Under the pieces are notes generated by a model, which had not been told where the DNA came from, did no database searches, and worked only from the letters and a program-made list of their open reading frames with translations. The position numbers were made by a program, and so were the translations under genes. From Sedimentisphaerales bacterium (GTDB lineage: Bacteria; Planctomycetota; Phycisphaerae; Sedimentisphaerales; Anaerobacaceae), in NCBI GenBank assembly GCA_963708075.1, contig OY970194.1, forward strand, positions 2,304,001 through 2,368,000: DNA of 64,000 bases, given 5' to 3'. Positions within the stretch are counted from its first letter, which is position 1, and each line of letters starts with the position of its first letter. This document shows positions 20,308 to 30,246 of this stretch, one piece after another.

Positions 20308-21676
20308 ATGAATAGTCCGGCAGCGGCAAGATGTGGTAAATGCGCGTTCGTCCTCCTGGTCGTGCTGTGCGGCGGCTGCGCCACGTACAGCGATACCGTC
20401 AGCAAGACCCACCGGATGATCGAGAGAGGCGACTACGAGAACCGGCATCGGCGAGCTGAACGACATGCTCGGGGTCGACAGCTACGAGCAGGTGCCGGAT
20501 AAGTGGACCGCGCACAGGCCGCTGGCCGCACTCGAACGCGCGGTCCTGCTGCAAGCCATCGAACAATACAAGTGCAGTGCGCGAGATCTCAGCGTCGCGG
20601 AGACGGAATTGGATTACCTGGACCTCAGCGCGGACACGCTGGGCAAGATCGGCGAGTACGTCTACAGCGGTAGCGCAGAGAAATACAAAGCCCCGCCCAC
20701 CGAGCGACTGGCGATCAACGCATTCAACATGCTCAACTACCTGTCCCTGGGCAGCCTGGAAGGCGCCGCCGTCGAGGCCAGGCGATTCACGGTGACTCGC
20801 GATTATTTGCAGTCGGTGGATCAGACGACTCACGGGGCGTTCGGCTCCTACCTGGCGGGATTCGTGTTCGAGAAGCTCGGCGAGCCGGATCGGGCCCTGC
20901 GCTACTATGAAGAGGCGCTTGAAGCCGGAGATATCGAAGCGTGCCGCGAGCCCATCCTGCGGCTCTCCCAATTGTCCGATTACCGGGGGCAGAGGCTGAG
21001 GGAATATCTTGAGCGGATACAGCCGTCCAGCTCGGAGGAGGCCGAGGAGCAGACCGTGGACGAGGAGGCGACCGGCGATATCCTGATCGTGTTTGGTCTG
21101 GGCCGTGTCTCCTATAAGATTCCCAAGCGAGTCCCCATCGGCGCTGCTATCGGTTATGCGGGTGTGTCCGTGACCGGCAGCCCTGAGATTCTCGGCTATA
21201 CCGCACTGAAGGTACTGGTCTATCCGGAATTGGTCCCGCGCGGCAATTCGATCACGAATGCCGCCGTGAATATCGGTGGCCAGGCCGTTCCCGTGGAGCT
21301 GCTGACGAACCTGGATGCGGAGGTCGTCAGGGAGTACGAAACGATCAAACCCAAGATCATCGCGGCGGCCGTGACGCGGATGCTCGCTCGCGCTGCGGCT
21401 GCGGAGGGCGCCCGCCAACTGCCTGAGAAATCAAACAAGCTCGCGCGATGGCTGGCCGCCCTCGGCACGGAGGCCGCCCTTCTGGCCCTGGACAAGCCGG
21501 ACACACGGTCCTGGACGTTCCTGCCGGCCAGGGTATACCTCTGCCGCACCCGAGTCCCGCCGGGGCGACACGAGATTCACGTCACCCTCTCAGGCAAGGC
21601 CCAGGAAACGCGGGTGATCCCGGTGGATGTCTCCCCGGGCGAATTCAGTGTCATCGCCCTGACCGAGCCGCGATAA
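20308..21676 (+). CDS. COG3014-like TPR lipoprotein, frameshifted at about 20440 (probable sequencing error)
   Basis: Lipobox GGC in the 20308 frame; continuation in the +1 frame (A.VEARR...PDTRSWTFLP); removing one A at GAGAACC 20437-43 joins them as DYETGIGELNDMLG. Confidence 0.72.
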
Positions 21677-21685
21677 GGCGGGGAC

Positions 21686-22259
21686 TCATTCGCATTGCGG
21701 GCCGTAGGACCTGGCGACAACCTGGCGGAGGGCTTCGAGCTTTGCTTCGGACTTGGCCAGCGCTAATGCAATAGAGAAGTGCAGGGGATCGTCCTCTTCG
21801 CGGGAGGCGACCAGGCACGGAAAGCCGAGACGCTTCATGTACAGCTCGCGTACGGCCGCACCGATCATGCGCGGTGCCACCATGATAGCACCCGTCCCAG
21901 CGGGCGGATCGATTGTCCTGTAGAACACATTGTAACCGCTGGCGAAACACAGCACGTCGCCGGCCTCAAGATGAGAACCTGATCTGGCTCTCATAGACCT
22001 GCGGCTGCACCTCATCGGGTATGAGCATCAGAATGACGTCCGCCTTCTCCGCGACATGGCTGATCGCATGGACTACAAAACCGTCCTTGATTGCGGTGTC
22101 TTTGTACCTATCGTCGCGGTTGCCGATCAACGGCTCGAAACCGCTATCCCGAATATTCAGAGCCTGCGCACGACCCTGATTTCCGTACCCGATGACGCCG
22201 ATGGTTCGCCCGCTCAGCATAGACAGGTCAACATCATCGTCGTGATAAATCCTGGTCAT
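21686..22259 (-). pseudogene. ilvC: Ketol-acid reductoisomerase N-terminal (IlvN) domain only; truncated, and also +1 frameshifted at about 21975
   Basis: IGYGNQGRAQALNIRDSG, LIPDEVQ, FASGYN, MVAPRMIG; stops after about 190 aa without the C-terminal knotted domain. Confidence 0.7.
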
Positions 22260-22280
22260 AGGATTCTCAGAAACTCGATT

Positions 22281-23030
22281 TTATTCGAACACGAGCGTGC
22301 CGAACTTGTTGGACTCGTGAAAACTCGGTCCGACCCGGGCCCAGTCCCAACTCGAGCTCTTGCCCTTGCCGTCGTCGTAATCCACGCGGTAGAAATTGGC
22401 CCGCCAGCGAGTTCCCGGTTTCGGCGGGACATTCTGCAGGGGCTTGAGCAATTCGTACGGGACGAACACTTCCGCTTTCCAGCCTGTCACGCGGGCCCCC
22501 GACTGCTTCGGACCGCCGGCGACCGTCGTGGCCTTCTGCGTCTTTCGTTTACCCTCGTAGTGCCACGGCCGCCAACCGAGGAACTCGCCGCCGAAGTTCG
22601 GGATGAGAATGGGCAGCTCATAGCCCAGCGGCGAGATCTCGTACTCGAAGTAGACGGAGTATCGCTCGTCCGGCCAGAGGAAGAACTCGAACACGTCCTC
22701 GTTCCACAGGTCGAGGAAGTCCTCGCTCATCGTGGCGGTGATCGTGCGATCCTCGCCATCCATGAGCACATACAGCCCGGTCTGCGAGTAGAGCATCTTG
22801 ACACGAGTCGAATAGGGCCGGCCGTCGGCGGTTCGAGGACGCAGCGGCTCCCACTCGGTCTTCGTCCAGGCAGGCGCATCCCCATTGCCATTTACAGTGA
22901 AATCCTCCGTCTGGCGGACGCGGAGCATCTTGGCAGCCGGGTCGCCCCGATCCGCCTGTTGCGTGTACACCCACGAACACCATCCGACCACAACGGCTAA
23001 AGCCGGCCACGCAAGCATGCGCATCTTCAT
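22281..23030 (-). CDS. Secreted CBM9-like (carbohydrate-binding family 9-like) protein
   Basis: Signal peptide; LWNEDVFEFF, YFEYEISPLG, W.AEV.VP, WRANFYRVD. Confidence 0.8.
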   Translation of the reverse strand: MKMRMLAWPALAVVVGWCSWVYTQQADRGDPAAKMLRVRQTEDFTVNGNGDAPAWTKTEWEPLRPRTADGRPYSTRVKMLYSQTGLYVLMDGEDRTITATMSEDFLDLWNEDVFEFFLWPDERYSVYFEYEISPLGYELPILIPNFGGEFLGWRPWHYEGKRKTQKATTVAGGPKQSGARVTGWKAEVFVPYELLKPLQNVPPKPGTRWRANFYRVDYDDGKGKSSSWDWARVGPSFHESNKFGTLVFE

Positions 23031-23075
23031 GATGATCTCCCCTTATCGGAGCCCCTTAATGCCGCTCAGATTCTG

Positions 23076-24437
23076 TCATGCCTTCTGCGCTTTGACGAGC
23101 GCGTCCCTGTTCTCGTAGACCTTCGCGACGGCGTCGGCGATGTCGTCGATATCGCCCTTTTCGCCGAGGAGCATATTCTGCGTGAACCAGACCGCCTCTT
23201 CGCAAAGCTGCTCGTTGCCCGGGTACTTCAGCTCCTCGCGATACCGGTCGAGCCTCGCCTTCGGGAACGCTCGCTTGAAGCTCTTGGAACTGAGGGCCGC
23301 CTCGATCAGGCCGTCACGGTATTGAGGACCGTATCCGCCGGAGCATGGAATGCCTTCCCTGCTGAGGGCAGCGAGGAATTGGCTCCTGGGCAGATTGTTG
23401 AACTGCTCCTTCTTGTACCGGAACGGATAGAGGTGGTACACGGCCCGGGTCGCGCCCTTATACAATTTATGAGGCACGATGCCCGGAATGTCCTTGATCT
23501 TCGAGGTGAGGTAGTTGGCGTTCTCCACGCGCTTGACTGTATCCGCCTCCAGCCGCTGCACCTGGTTCAGCAGGATGGCGGCCTGGTACTCGGTCATTCG
23601 CCGATTCGTCCCCACGATGGGATAGCCGCTCCCCTTCACACTGCCGAACGGCCGGCCACAATTGTGATAAGACCAGACGCGGTCCATCATCTCTTCATCG
23701 TTGCCGACCACCGCGCCGCCCTCGCCGCAGGGCAGATGCTTCGACTCCTGGAAGCTGAAGCAGCCGAGATCGCCGAGCGTCCCGCACTTCTTGCCCCCCC
23801 ACTCCGCCAGCCACGCCTGGCAGGCGTCCTCGATGACTTTCAGATTGCGTTTCTTGGCGATCGCGTTGATCCTGCCCATATCGGCGGGCAAGCCGAGGAT
23901 GTGGACCGGCAGGATCGCCCGCGTGTTTTCGGTGATTTTCTCCTCGATCTTGTCCGGATTGATCAGGAAGGTCTCGGGGTCCGTGTCGGCAAAGACCGGC
24001 AAGGCGACGGAATTGAGGACCACGTTGTACGTGGCGATGAACGTATAGGGCGAGACGATCACTTCGTCACCGACCCCAACATCAAGAATGTGCAGCGCTG
24101 TGAGCAGAGCGTTCGTGCCATTCATCGTGCAGACGCATCGCTTGGCGCCCAGCAGTTCCGCGTACTTCGCCTCGAACTGCGAAACCGTGTTTCCGCTGCC
24201 GCGGAACCAGTGCCCGCTGCGCAGAACGCCAAGGACGGATTCTTCGGCCGATTTGTCCCAGACCGGCCAACTCGGAAATGCTTTAGCCCGGATGGGCTGG
24301 CCGCCGAGGATGGCGCACTTGCTCGCTTTCCGGCTTGCATTCGCGTAGGCGGGAATGGTCCCCCCGACCGCGGCAGCGATGGTGCCGGCCGATGCCGTGG
24401 CCAGGAATTGTCGTCGTGTGAAAGTGCTCCGGCTCAT
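23076..24437 (-). CDS. Tat-exported DegT/DnrJ/EryC1/StrS PLP aminotransferase
   Basis: TRRQFL Tat motif; NGT.AL, GDEVI, VIEDACQA, SFQESKHL.CGEGG (catalytic Lys). Confidence 0.9.
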   Translation of the reverse strand: MSRSTFTRRQFLATASAGTIAAAVGGTIPAYANASRKASKCAILGGQPIRAKAFPSWPVWDKSAEESVLGVLRSGHWFRGSGNTVSQFEAKYAELLGAKRCVCTMNGTNALLTALHILDVGVGDEVIVSPYTFIATYNVVLNSVALPVFADTDPETFLINPDKIEEKITENTRAILPVHILGLPADMGRINAIAKKRNLKVIEDACQAWLAEWGGKKCGTLGDLGCFSFQESKHLPCGEGGAVVGNDEEMMDRVWSYHNCGRPFGSVKGSGYPIVGTNRRMTEYQAAILLNQVQRLEADTVKRVENANYLTSKIKDIPGIVPHKLYKGATRAVYHLYPFRYKKEQFNNLPRSQFLAALSREGIPCSGGYGPQYRDGLIEAALSSKSFKRAFPKARLDRYREELKYPGNEQLCEEAVWFTQNMLLGEKGDIDDIADAVAKVYENRDALVKAQKA

Positions 24438-24640
24438 ACTTGACCTCCTTTATTCACAGGTAATGTGATTTCGCCCTGAATCCGATTGTCAGCAAGGCAT
24501 TATATCCCCCCGCCCGGCAACTCTCCAATCTTAGAAATGGCAAAAACCTGATTTCCACCCGCATGGGTGGAATGTCCCCCCTGATTCAACTACACTAAGA
24601 TCATGATCGAGATGACGAGAAGAGCAAAGGAGTGCATTCC

Positions 24641-25666
24641 ATGAAGGCGATGGTGCTTACGCGAGTCGGGCCGATCGAGAGCAGGCCACTGGAGTTGAAA
24701 GAGGTGCCCGCTCCCACGCCGCAGGCCGGCGAGATTCGCATCAGGATCGCTGTGTGCGGGGTTTGCCACACCGATTTGGACGAGGCGGAGGGCCGGCTGG
24801 AAGCGAGACTGCCGGTCATCCCCGGTCATCAGGTGGTCGGCCATGTCGAGAGCCTTGGGCCAGGCACATCGGCGTTCAAGCGGAACGACCGTGTTGGAGT
24901 CGCCTGGATCTACTCCGCCGACGGCGTTGGCGAATTCTGCCGCGATGGGACCGAGAACCTGTGTCCGCAGTTTCGCGGGACCGGCTGCGATGCGGACGGC
25001 GGCTATGCCGAATTCATGGTCGTGCCGGAAGCATCGGCCTACCCGATTCCTGAGCAATTCACAGATGTGGAGGCGGCGCCGCTGCTGTGCGCGGGAGTGA
25101 TCGGCTACCGAGCTCTGCGGCTGACCAACCTGAGGGATGGCCAGGTGCTTGGGCTCTTCGGCTTCGGCGCTTCGGCCCATATCGTGATCCAACTCGTCAA
25201 GCACAAGTACCCGGATTCAAGGGTATTTGTCTTCACGCGTTCAGGCCAGAAGGAGCACCAGGAGATGGCGGCAAGACTGGGGGCTGATTGGGTCGGTGCA
25301 ACGGGCGACGACCCGCCGGCAGGTTTGCACGCGGCGATTGACTTCACACCCGCGTGGACGCCGATCCTCGAAGCCCTGCGTGTCCTGCGGCCGGGCGGCC
25401 GGCTGGTGATCAATGCCATCCGTAAGGAAACCAGGGACAAAGACGCCCTGCTACAACTGGACTATGCCACACACCTGTGGCGAGAAAAGGAGATCAAGAC
25501 CACGGCGAATGTCACACGGCAGGACGCCCGCGAGTTCCTGCCTTTAGCCGCGGAGATTCCCATTCGCCCGCAGGTCCAGGAGTTCCCGCTGGAACAGGCC
25601 AACGACGCCCTGCTCCTGGTCAAGCAAGGCAAAACCCAGGGCGCCGCCGTGCTGAGAATCTCGTAG
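24641..25666 (+). CDS. Zinc-binding alcohol dehydrogenase family protein
   Basis: CGVCHTD, PGHQVVG, APLLCAGVIGY, GFGASAH. Confidence 0.9.
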   Translation: MKAMVLTRVGPIESRPLELKEVPAPTPQAGEIRIRIAVCGVCHTDLDEAEGRLEARLPVIPGHQVVGHVESLGPGTSAFKRNDRVGVAWIYSADGVGEFCRDGTENLCPQFRGTGCDADGGYAEFMVVPEASAYPIPEQFTDVEAAPLLCAGVIGYRALRLTNLRDGQVLGLFGFGASAHIVIQLVKHKYPDSRVFVFTRSGQKEHQEMAARLGADWVGATGDDPPAGLHAAIDFTPAWTPILEALRVLRPGGRLVINAIRKETRDKDALLQLDYATHLWREKEIKTTANVTRQDAREFLPLAAEIPIRPQVQEFPLEQANDALLLVKQGKTQGAAVLRIS

Positions 25667-25796
25667 AGTTCACGAAGACTCCAGGACTTGTTGCTCGTTG
25701 AATAGATAAAGAAAATGGCTCACAGCGGCGAGTCCCCAAGAAAAAGAGCTGCTTGCTCACGGCCATTTTCTTTAACTATTCAAAGCCCGATAGAGT

Positions 25797-25880
25797 GGGT
25801 GGCAGCGGCAAGCGCCAGCTTGCCGATGGCTCACTGTATTGCGAGGCACCATCGGCAAGCTCCGCTTGCCGATGCCACCC
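25797..25880. repeat. REP-like palindrome, family A
   Basis: GGGTGGCAGCGGCAAGCGCCAGCTTGCCGATGG...CCATCGGCAAGCTCCGCTTGCCGATGCCACCC between convergent genes. Confidence 0.85.
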
Positions 25881-25886
25881 GTCACT

Positions 25887-26453
25887 TCATAGACTTGCGA
25901 GAATCCAGTCGGCCGCTTCGCCGATGCCGGAGACGACGATCTCGCCGGGCGACACGTCCGCAAGATGCTTTTCGCCGTGCCCAGTCCGGACATACACGCC
26001 TCGGGCACCGACGGACTGGGCGAATTCCACGTCGTGCGGATGATCTCCGACGGTGAAGGACCGCTGCAGGTCCACCCCGTGCTCGGCGGCGGCCTTTCGG
26101 AGGAAGTGCGGGTTGGGCTTGATGCAGAGGCAACCGTCTGCCCGCTCGTGGGGACACACATACACGGCCGTGATGGTTATACCGTGCTCGGCGAGGTATG
26201 AGAGGACCCTTGCATTCACCCGGTCCACGTGTTCCAAGGTGATTGTGCCGCGCGCTACCCCCGGCTGATTCGTGACGAGAAACAGCAGAAAATGCTTCTG
26301 AAGACATCTCAGAGCATCCACGGTATCCGGAAAGAATACCACATCCGTAGGCTCGGCCAGCACCCCGCGGTCCTCGATGATAGTGCCATCGCGGTCCAGA
26401 AACACGGCGGGACGAAGCCGGGCGGTCTGCGGCGTTGTGGTTCCTTTTCGCAT
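25887..26453 (-). CDS. gmhB: HAD-IIIA phosphatase (GmhB/HisB-N-like)
   Basis: FLDRDGTI, VTNQ.G, CPH....C.C.KP, VGD...D. Confidence 0.8.
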   Translation of the reverse strand: MRKGTTTPQTARLRPAVFLDRDGTIIEDRGVLAEPTDVVFFPDTVDALRCLQKHFLLFLVTNQPGVARGTITLEHVDRVNARVLSYLAEHGITITAVYVCPHERADGCLCIKPNPHFLRKAAAEHGVDLQRSFTVGDHPHDVEFAQSVGARGVYVRTGHGEKHLADVSPGEIVVSGIGEAADWILASL

Positions 26454-26457
26454 GCGA

Positions 26458-27729
26458 TTATTCTGCCGCCGAGATCGCTGAGTTTGCCGAAGCGGGTGCT
26501 GGAGCCCTGCCGGACATGAAACGCCAGATACCCCACGCCAGCACCATTGCCAGGACGAGATAGATCAGCGACGTCGCACTGATGCAGGTGCTCATGCCAA
26601 ACCGCTGGGACGCGGCGGCGATTGTCACGGTGGCGGTCCCCGCCCCCAGCCAGCCGACGGAGTTGACGACGCCCACAGCCGTCGCGCGGCGCTCCGGCGG
26701 CACAACGTCATGCAGCGATGCCCAGATATTCGAATCGTAGAGTCCCTTGAACAGTCCAAAGCACGCCATGCCGAGGATGAGCATTGGCACGTGCAAGGTC
26801 TGGCCGACGATGAAGATGAACGGGACGCCGCAGAACAGGCCCAGCATCTGCGTCATCATGCGTCCGCCACGATAGCGCCGGGCCATGCGATCCGCCAGCA
26901 CGCCGCCGCCCAGGACGCCCAGCACGGAGGCTACCTGGAGGTAGGCCGTGGCGCTGAAGCCGGCCATCGAAAGGCTCATGTCGAATTTATCCACGAGGAA
27001 CTTCGGCAACCAGACCAGGAAGACCATCGCCACAAAGTTGGCCCCGACGAATACGCCCGTGAGCACCCACGCCATGGGGACGCGATACACGTCGCCGATT
27101 GTCTTGACGATCTCGCCAAGGCTCTCCCTTCGCCGGGACTCCGGCCGGCTCTGCTCCGGGGGCTCCTTCAGGCATAGGAACAGCAGCACGCCCAGGACCA
27201 TCCCCGCGAGCCCCAGCAGCGTGAACGACGAGCGCCAGCCGTAAAGCTCGCCCATGGCGCCGCCGAGCGTGCCGCCTGCCACGGTGCCGATATAGACACT
27301 GGACTGGTGAATGCCCATCGCGCGGGAGCGAGTGTCCTTTCCGTGATAGGCGCTGATCAGCGCCATCGCCGCCGGGAAGTAGAACGCCTCGCCGAAGCCT
27401 TCGATAGCCCGCAAGGCGACGATGTGCCAGTATTTCGTAGCGAAGCTGAAGGCCAGCGTGGTCAGCGACCAGAAGAGAAACCCGGCGAGCACGACAGTTT
27501 TACGCCGGAACCGGTCGCCTACGAGTCCCGCAAACCAGCCCGCGCCGGCATAGACCCACATGAAGGAGGATGCCACGTAGCCCAACTGGACAGTCGTGAG
27601 TTGCAGGCCCGTGTCCTTCTGGAGCATTGGAAAGACCGAGTAGATGCTCTGCCGATCCGCGTAGTTGAAGAAGCAGACCAGCCACAACATGGCGACCACG
27701 GCCCATTTGTAAGCGCGATCGGACATCAT
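26458..27729 (-). CDS. MFS transporter
   Basis: About 12 TM segments; NYADRQ, G.VGDRFRRK motif A, EGFGEA.YFPA. Confidence 0.92.
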   Translation of the reverse strand: MMSDRAYKWAVVAMLWLVCFFNYADRQSIYSVFPMLQKDTGLQLTTVQLGYVASSFMWVYAGAGWFAGLVGDRFRRKTVVLAGFLFWSLTTLAFSFATKYWHIVALRAIEGFGEAFYFPAAMALISAYHGKDTRSRAMGIHQSSVYIGTVAGGTLGGAMGELYGWRSSFTLLGLAGMVLGVLLFLCLKEPPEQSRPESRRRESLGEIVKTIGDVYRVPMAWVLTGVFVGANFVAMVFLVWLPKFLVDKFDMSLSMAGFSATAYLQVASVLGVLGGGVLADRMARRYRGGRMMTQMLGLFCGVPFIFIVGQTLHVPMLILGMACFGLFKGLYDSNIWASLHDVVPPERRATAVGVVNSVGWLGAGTATVTIAAASQRFGMSTCISATSLIYLVLAMVLAWGIWRFMSGRAPAPASANSAISAAE

Positions 27730-28676
27730 CAGACCAGTCCCTGTCGGGTAATGCCGAGTTCTTCCAGATAACCACGCACGACTTCACGCTCGGGCTCGCG
27801 GAAGCGATGGAACGGCTCGGCGAGAAAGTCGCTGCAGATGCCGAGGCAGGAGAGGGCGCATTTGAGGCCCTTGAGGAAGCTCGATCCGTATCGGCCGACG
27901 CTGTAGATCGTCGCATCGATTCGCATGACGGTCCTGTGGAGCGACTCGACCCGCGCGAGGTCTTTCGCGCGGGCGGCCTCGTAGAGATCCACGTACAATC
28001 GCGGCAAAAGGTTGGCCCCACCGCAGACGCCGCCGTGGCCGCCGAGCAGCACCGTCTCGGCCAGAAGCTGCTCCGGTCCCATCAGCAGCGTGAAATCGGG
28101 ACGGTCCTCCAGGATATGCTGGACCTGGCGAAAGTAGATCATGCTGGCGGAGCTGTCCTTGAGGCCGACAATGCCCGGCAGATCGGCGGCGGCCCTCACC
28201 GTCTTGGGCTCGAACGCCGGCTGCGGGCGGCCCGGATTGTTGTAGAGGAATAGCGGCAGCGGCAACTCGGGCACGAGGTGCTTGAGATATTCGAACAGCT
28301 CCGGCTGGCCGGTCGGGAAGTAGTACGGCGGAGCCAGCACCAACGCCGACGCGCCAACTTGTTCCGCCTTACGGGCGATTTCCACGGACTCGACGAAGGA
28401 GGTATCCGTGATGCCCACAAGGACCGGCACCCGGCCGCGGACCTGGGCACAGACGCGCTCGATCAGCTCGTGCCGGATGCGGTGACTGAGGCTGGGTGTC
28501 TCGCCGGTGGTGCCAAGAATGAAAAGCCCGTGAACGCCCCCCGCGATGATGTGCTCGATCAGCCGCTCCAGGCCGGGCACGTCGAGCACGTCACGATCCA
28601 GCAACGGCGTCACCATGGGCGGGATGATTCCGCATAACGGCTTGGCGAGTGTCTCTGCACCGCGATCCACTTGCAT
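27729..28676 (-). CDS. Dihydrodipicolinate synthase family aldolase/dehydratase
   Basis: PPMVTP, LGTTGE, APPYY, LYN.P, GLKDSS; GGAGG RBS before ATG 28676. Confidence 0.88.
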   Translation of the reverse strand: MQVDRGAETLAKPLCGIIPPMVTPLLDRDVLDVPGLERLIEHIIAGGVHGLFILGTTGETPSLSHRIRHELIERVCAQVRGRVPVLVGITDTSFVESVEIARKAEQVGASALVLAPPYYFPTGQPELFEYLKHLVPELPLPLFLYNNPGRPQPAFEPKTVRAAADLPGIVGLKDSSASMIYFRQVQHILEDRPDFTLLMGPEQLLAETVLLGGHGGVCGGANLLPRLYVDLYEAARAKDLARVESLHRTVMRIDATIYSVGRYGSSFLKGLKCALSCLGICSDFLAEPFHRFREPEREVVRGYLEELGITRQGLV

Positions 28677-28801
28677 GCCTCCAACAGACGTTTCCATACT
28701 TGCATCTGAATCGATGTTGACATCATAGCAGAACCTGCCCGAAAATACAGTCGAGCAAGGAAAAAAGCTTTGTCGCTGATGGATACTGGAGAGATCGAGC
28801 C

Positions 28802-30176
28802 ATGAAGTCACGTATGACACGCCGTTCGTTCGTGAAGAAAGCCTCCGCCGGGCTGGCTGGGATCAGCTTTCTCGCCGCGAGCACCAAGTCCCTCTATGCC
28901 GGCGCGGCCAACAAGGCCAATATGTTGGCCATCCACGGCGGCACACCCGTCCGCGTCAAACCCTTTTCCGAGAACCTGGCCCATCATCGATGGGCGGGAG
29001 GAGAAGGCGCTAGTCAAGGCGCTCAAGAGTCGCAACTGGTGCTGCCTGCGAGGCAACGCGGTCTATGACTTCGAGAAAATGTTCGCCGAAGCGATGAATG
29101 TACCCCACTGCGTCCTGACCAACGGCGGCACGACCGCCCTCAGCGCCTCGCTGCACGTGCTCGGCGTCGGCCCCGGCGATGAGGTCATCACGACCCCGCA
29201 CACGTTCATCGCCACGATCAACACGATCACCAACGTCTATGCCCTGCCCGTGTTCGTGGATATCGATCCGGACACCGGCTCGATCAACGCCGACCTGATC
29301 GAGGCGGCCATCACGGAGCACACGAGAGCCATTCTTCCCGTCCATTTAGCGGGCTGGCCTGTGGACATCGGGAAGATCATGGCCATCTCGAAGAAGCACG
29401 ACATCCCCGTGATCGAGGACGCCTGCCAGTCCGTGTATGCCGAGGTCAACGGCAGGAAGGTCGGGACATTCGGTAAGACCGGCTGCATCAGCTTCCAGGA
29501 ATGGAAGTCGCTGGTCTGCGGCGAGGGCGGCGCGATCCTGGGCAGCGACGAGGAGGTCATGCGCCGCTGCGGCGCGTTCATCAACAACGGCCGGGACCCG
29601 AAGAAGCTGGAGAAAGGTTACCCCTTCCCCGGCTCGAACCACCGCATGACCGAGTTCCAGGCCGCAGTTCTCACGGAGCAGTTCAAGCGGTTCCGGGAGC
29701 AGGCGCCGCTTCGCCACGAGAACGGGCGCTACGTGGAAGACAGCCTGGCGCAAATCCCCGGCTTGACCCCTCGCAAACGCTACTCGGACAGCACGCGAGT
29801 CACCTACGTCCAGTTCGAGATGAACTACGACCGGCAGCAATTCAAGAACGTCTCGGCCGCCCGCTTCGCCGAGGCCTTGCGAGCCGAGAACATCCCCATG
29901 CGCGGCGGCCCGCGACGGTATAGCGAAGGCTGTCAGAAAGAGAAGATGCTGCTGGAGCATTTGAACTCATCAGGATTCCAGGTGGCGTTCGGCAAGGCCC
30001 GGCTCGACAAATATCGCGAGTCTGTGCATCTTCCCGTGATGGACGGCGAGAAGCCGCCCCAGCAGGAAATGCTCTCCATGGACAGCAAGATCCCGTTCCT
30101 CGGCTCGCGCAAAGAGATGAACGAGATCGTCGAAGCCGTGCAAAAAGTCGCCCGCAATATCGACAAGCTGGCCTGA
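28802..30176 (+). CDS. Tat-exported DegT-family aminotransferase, frameshifted at about 28973 (probable sequencing error)
   Basis: TRRSFVK Tat peptide and LAIHGG.PVR in the 28802 frame; catalytic domain (IEDACQ, SFQEWKSL.CGEGG) in the +1 frame; junction GAGAACC at 28970-76. Confidence 0.82.
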
Positions 30177-30246
30177 GGACCATCCCACGAGTCGGGCGCC
30201 ATGCTTACGCTCGCGTAAGTATGCTCTCCTATCAGCGTGAACTCGA

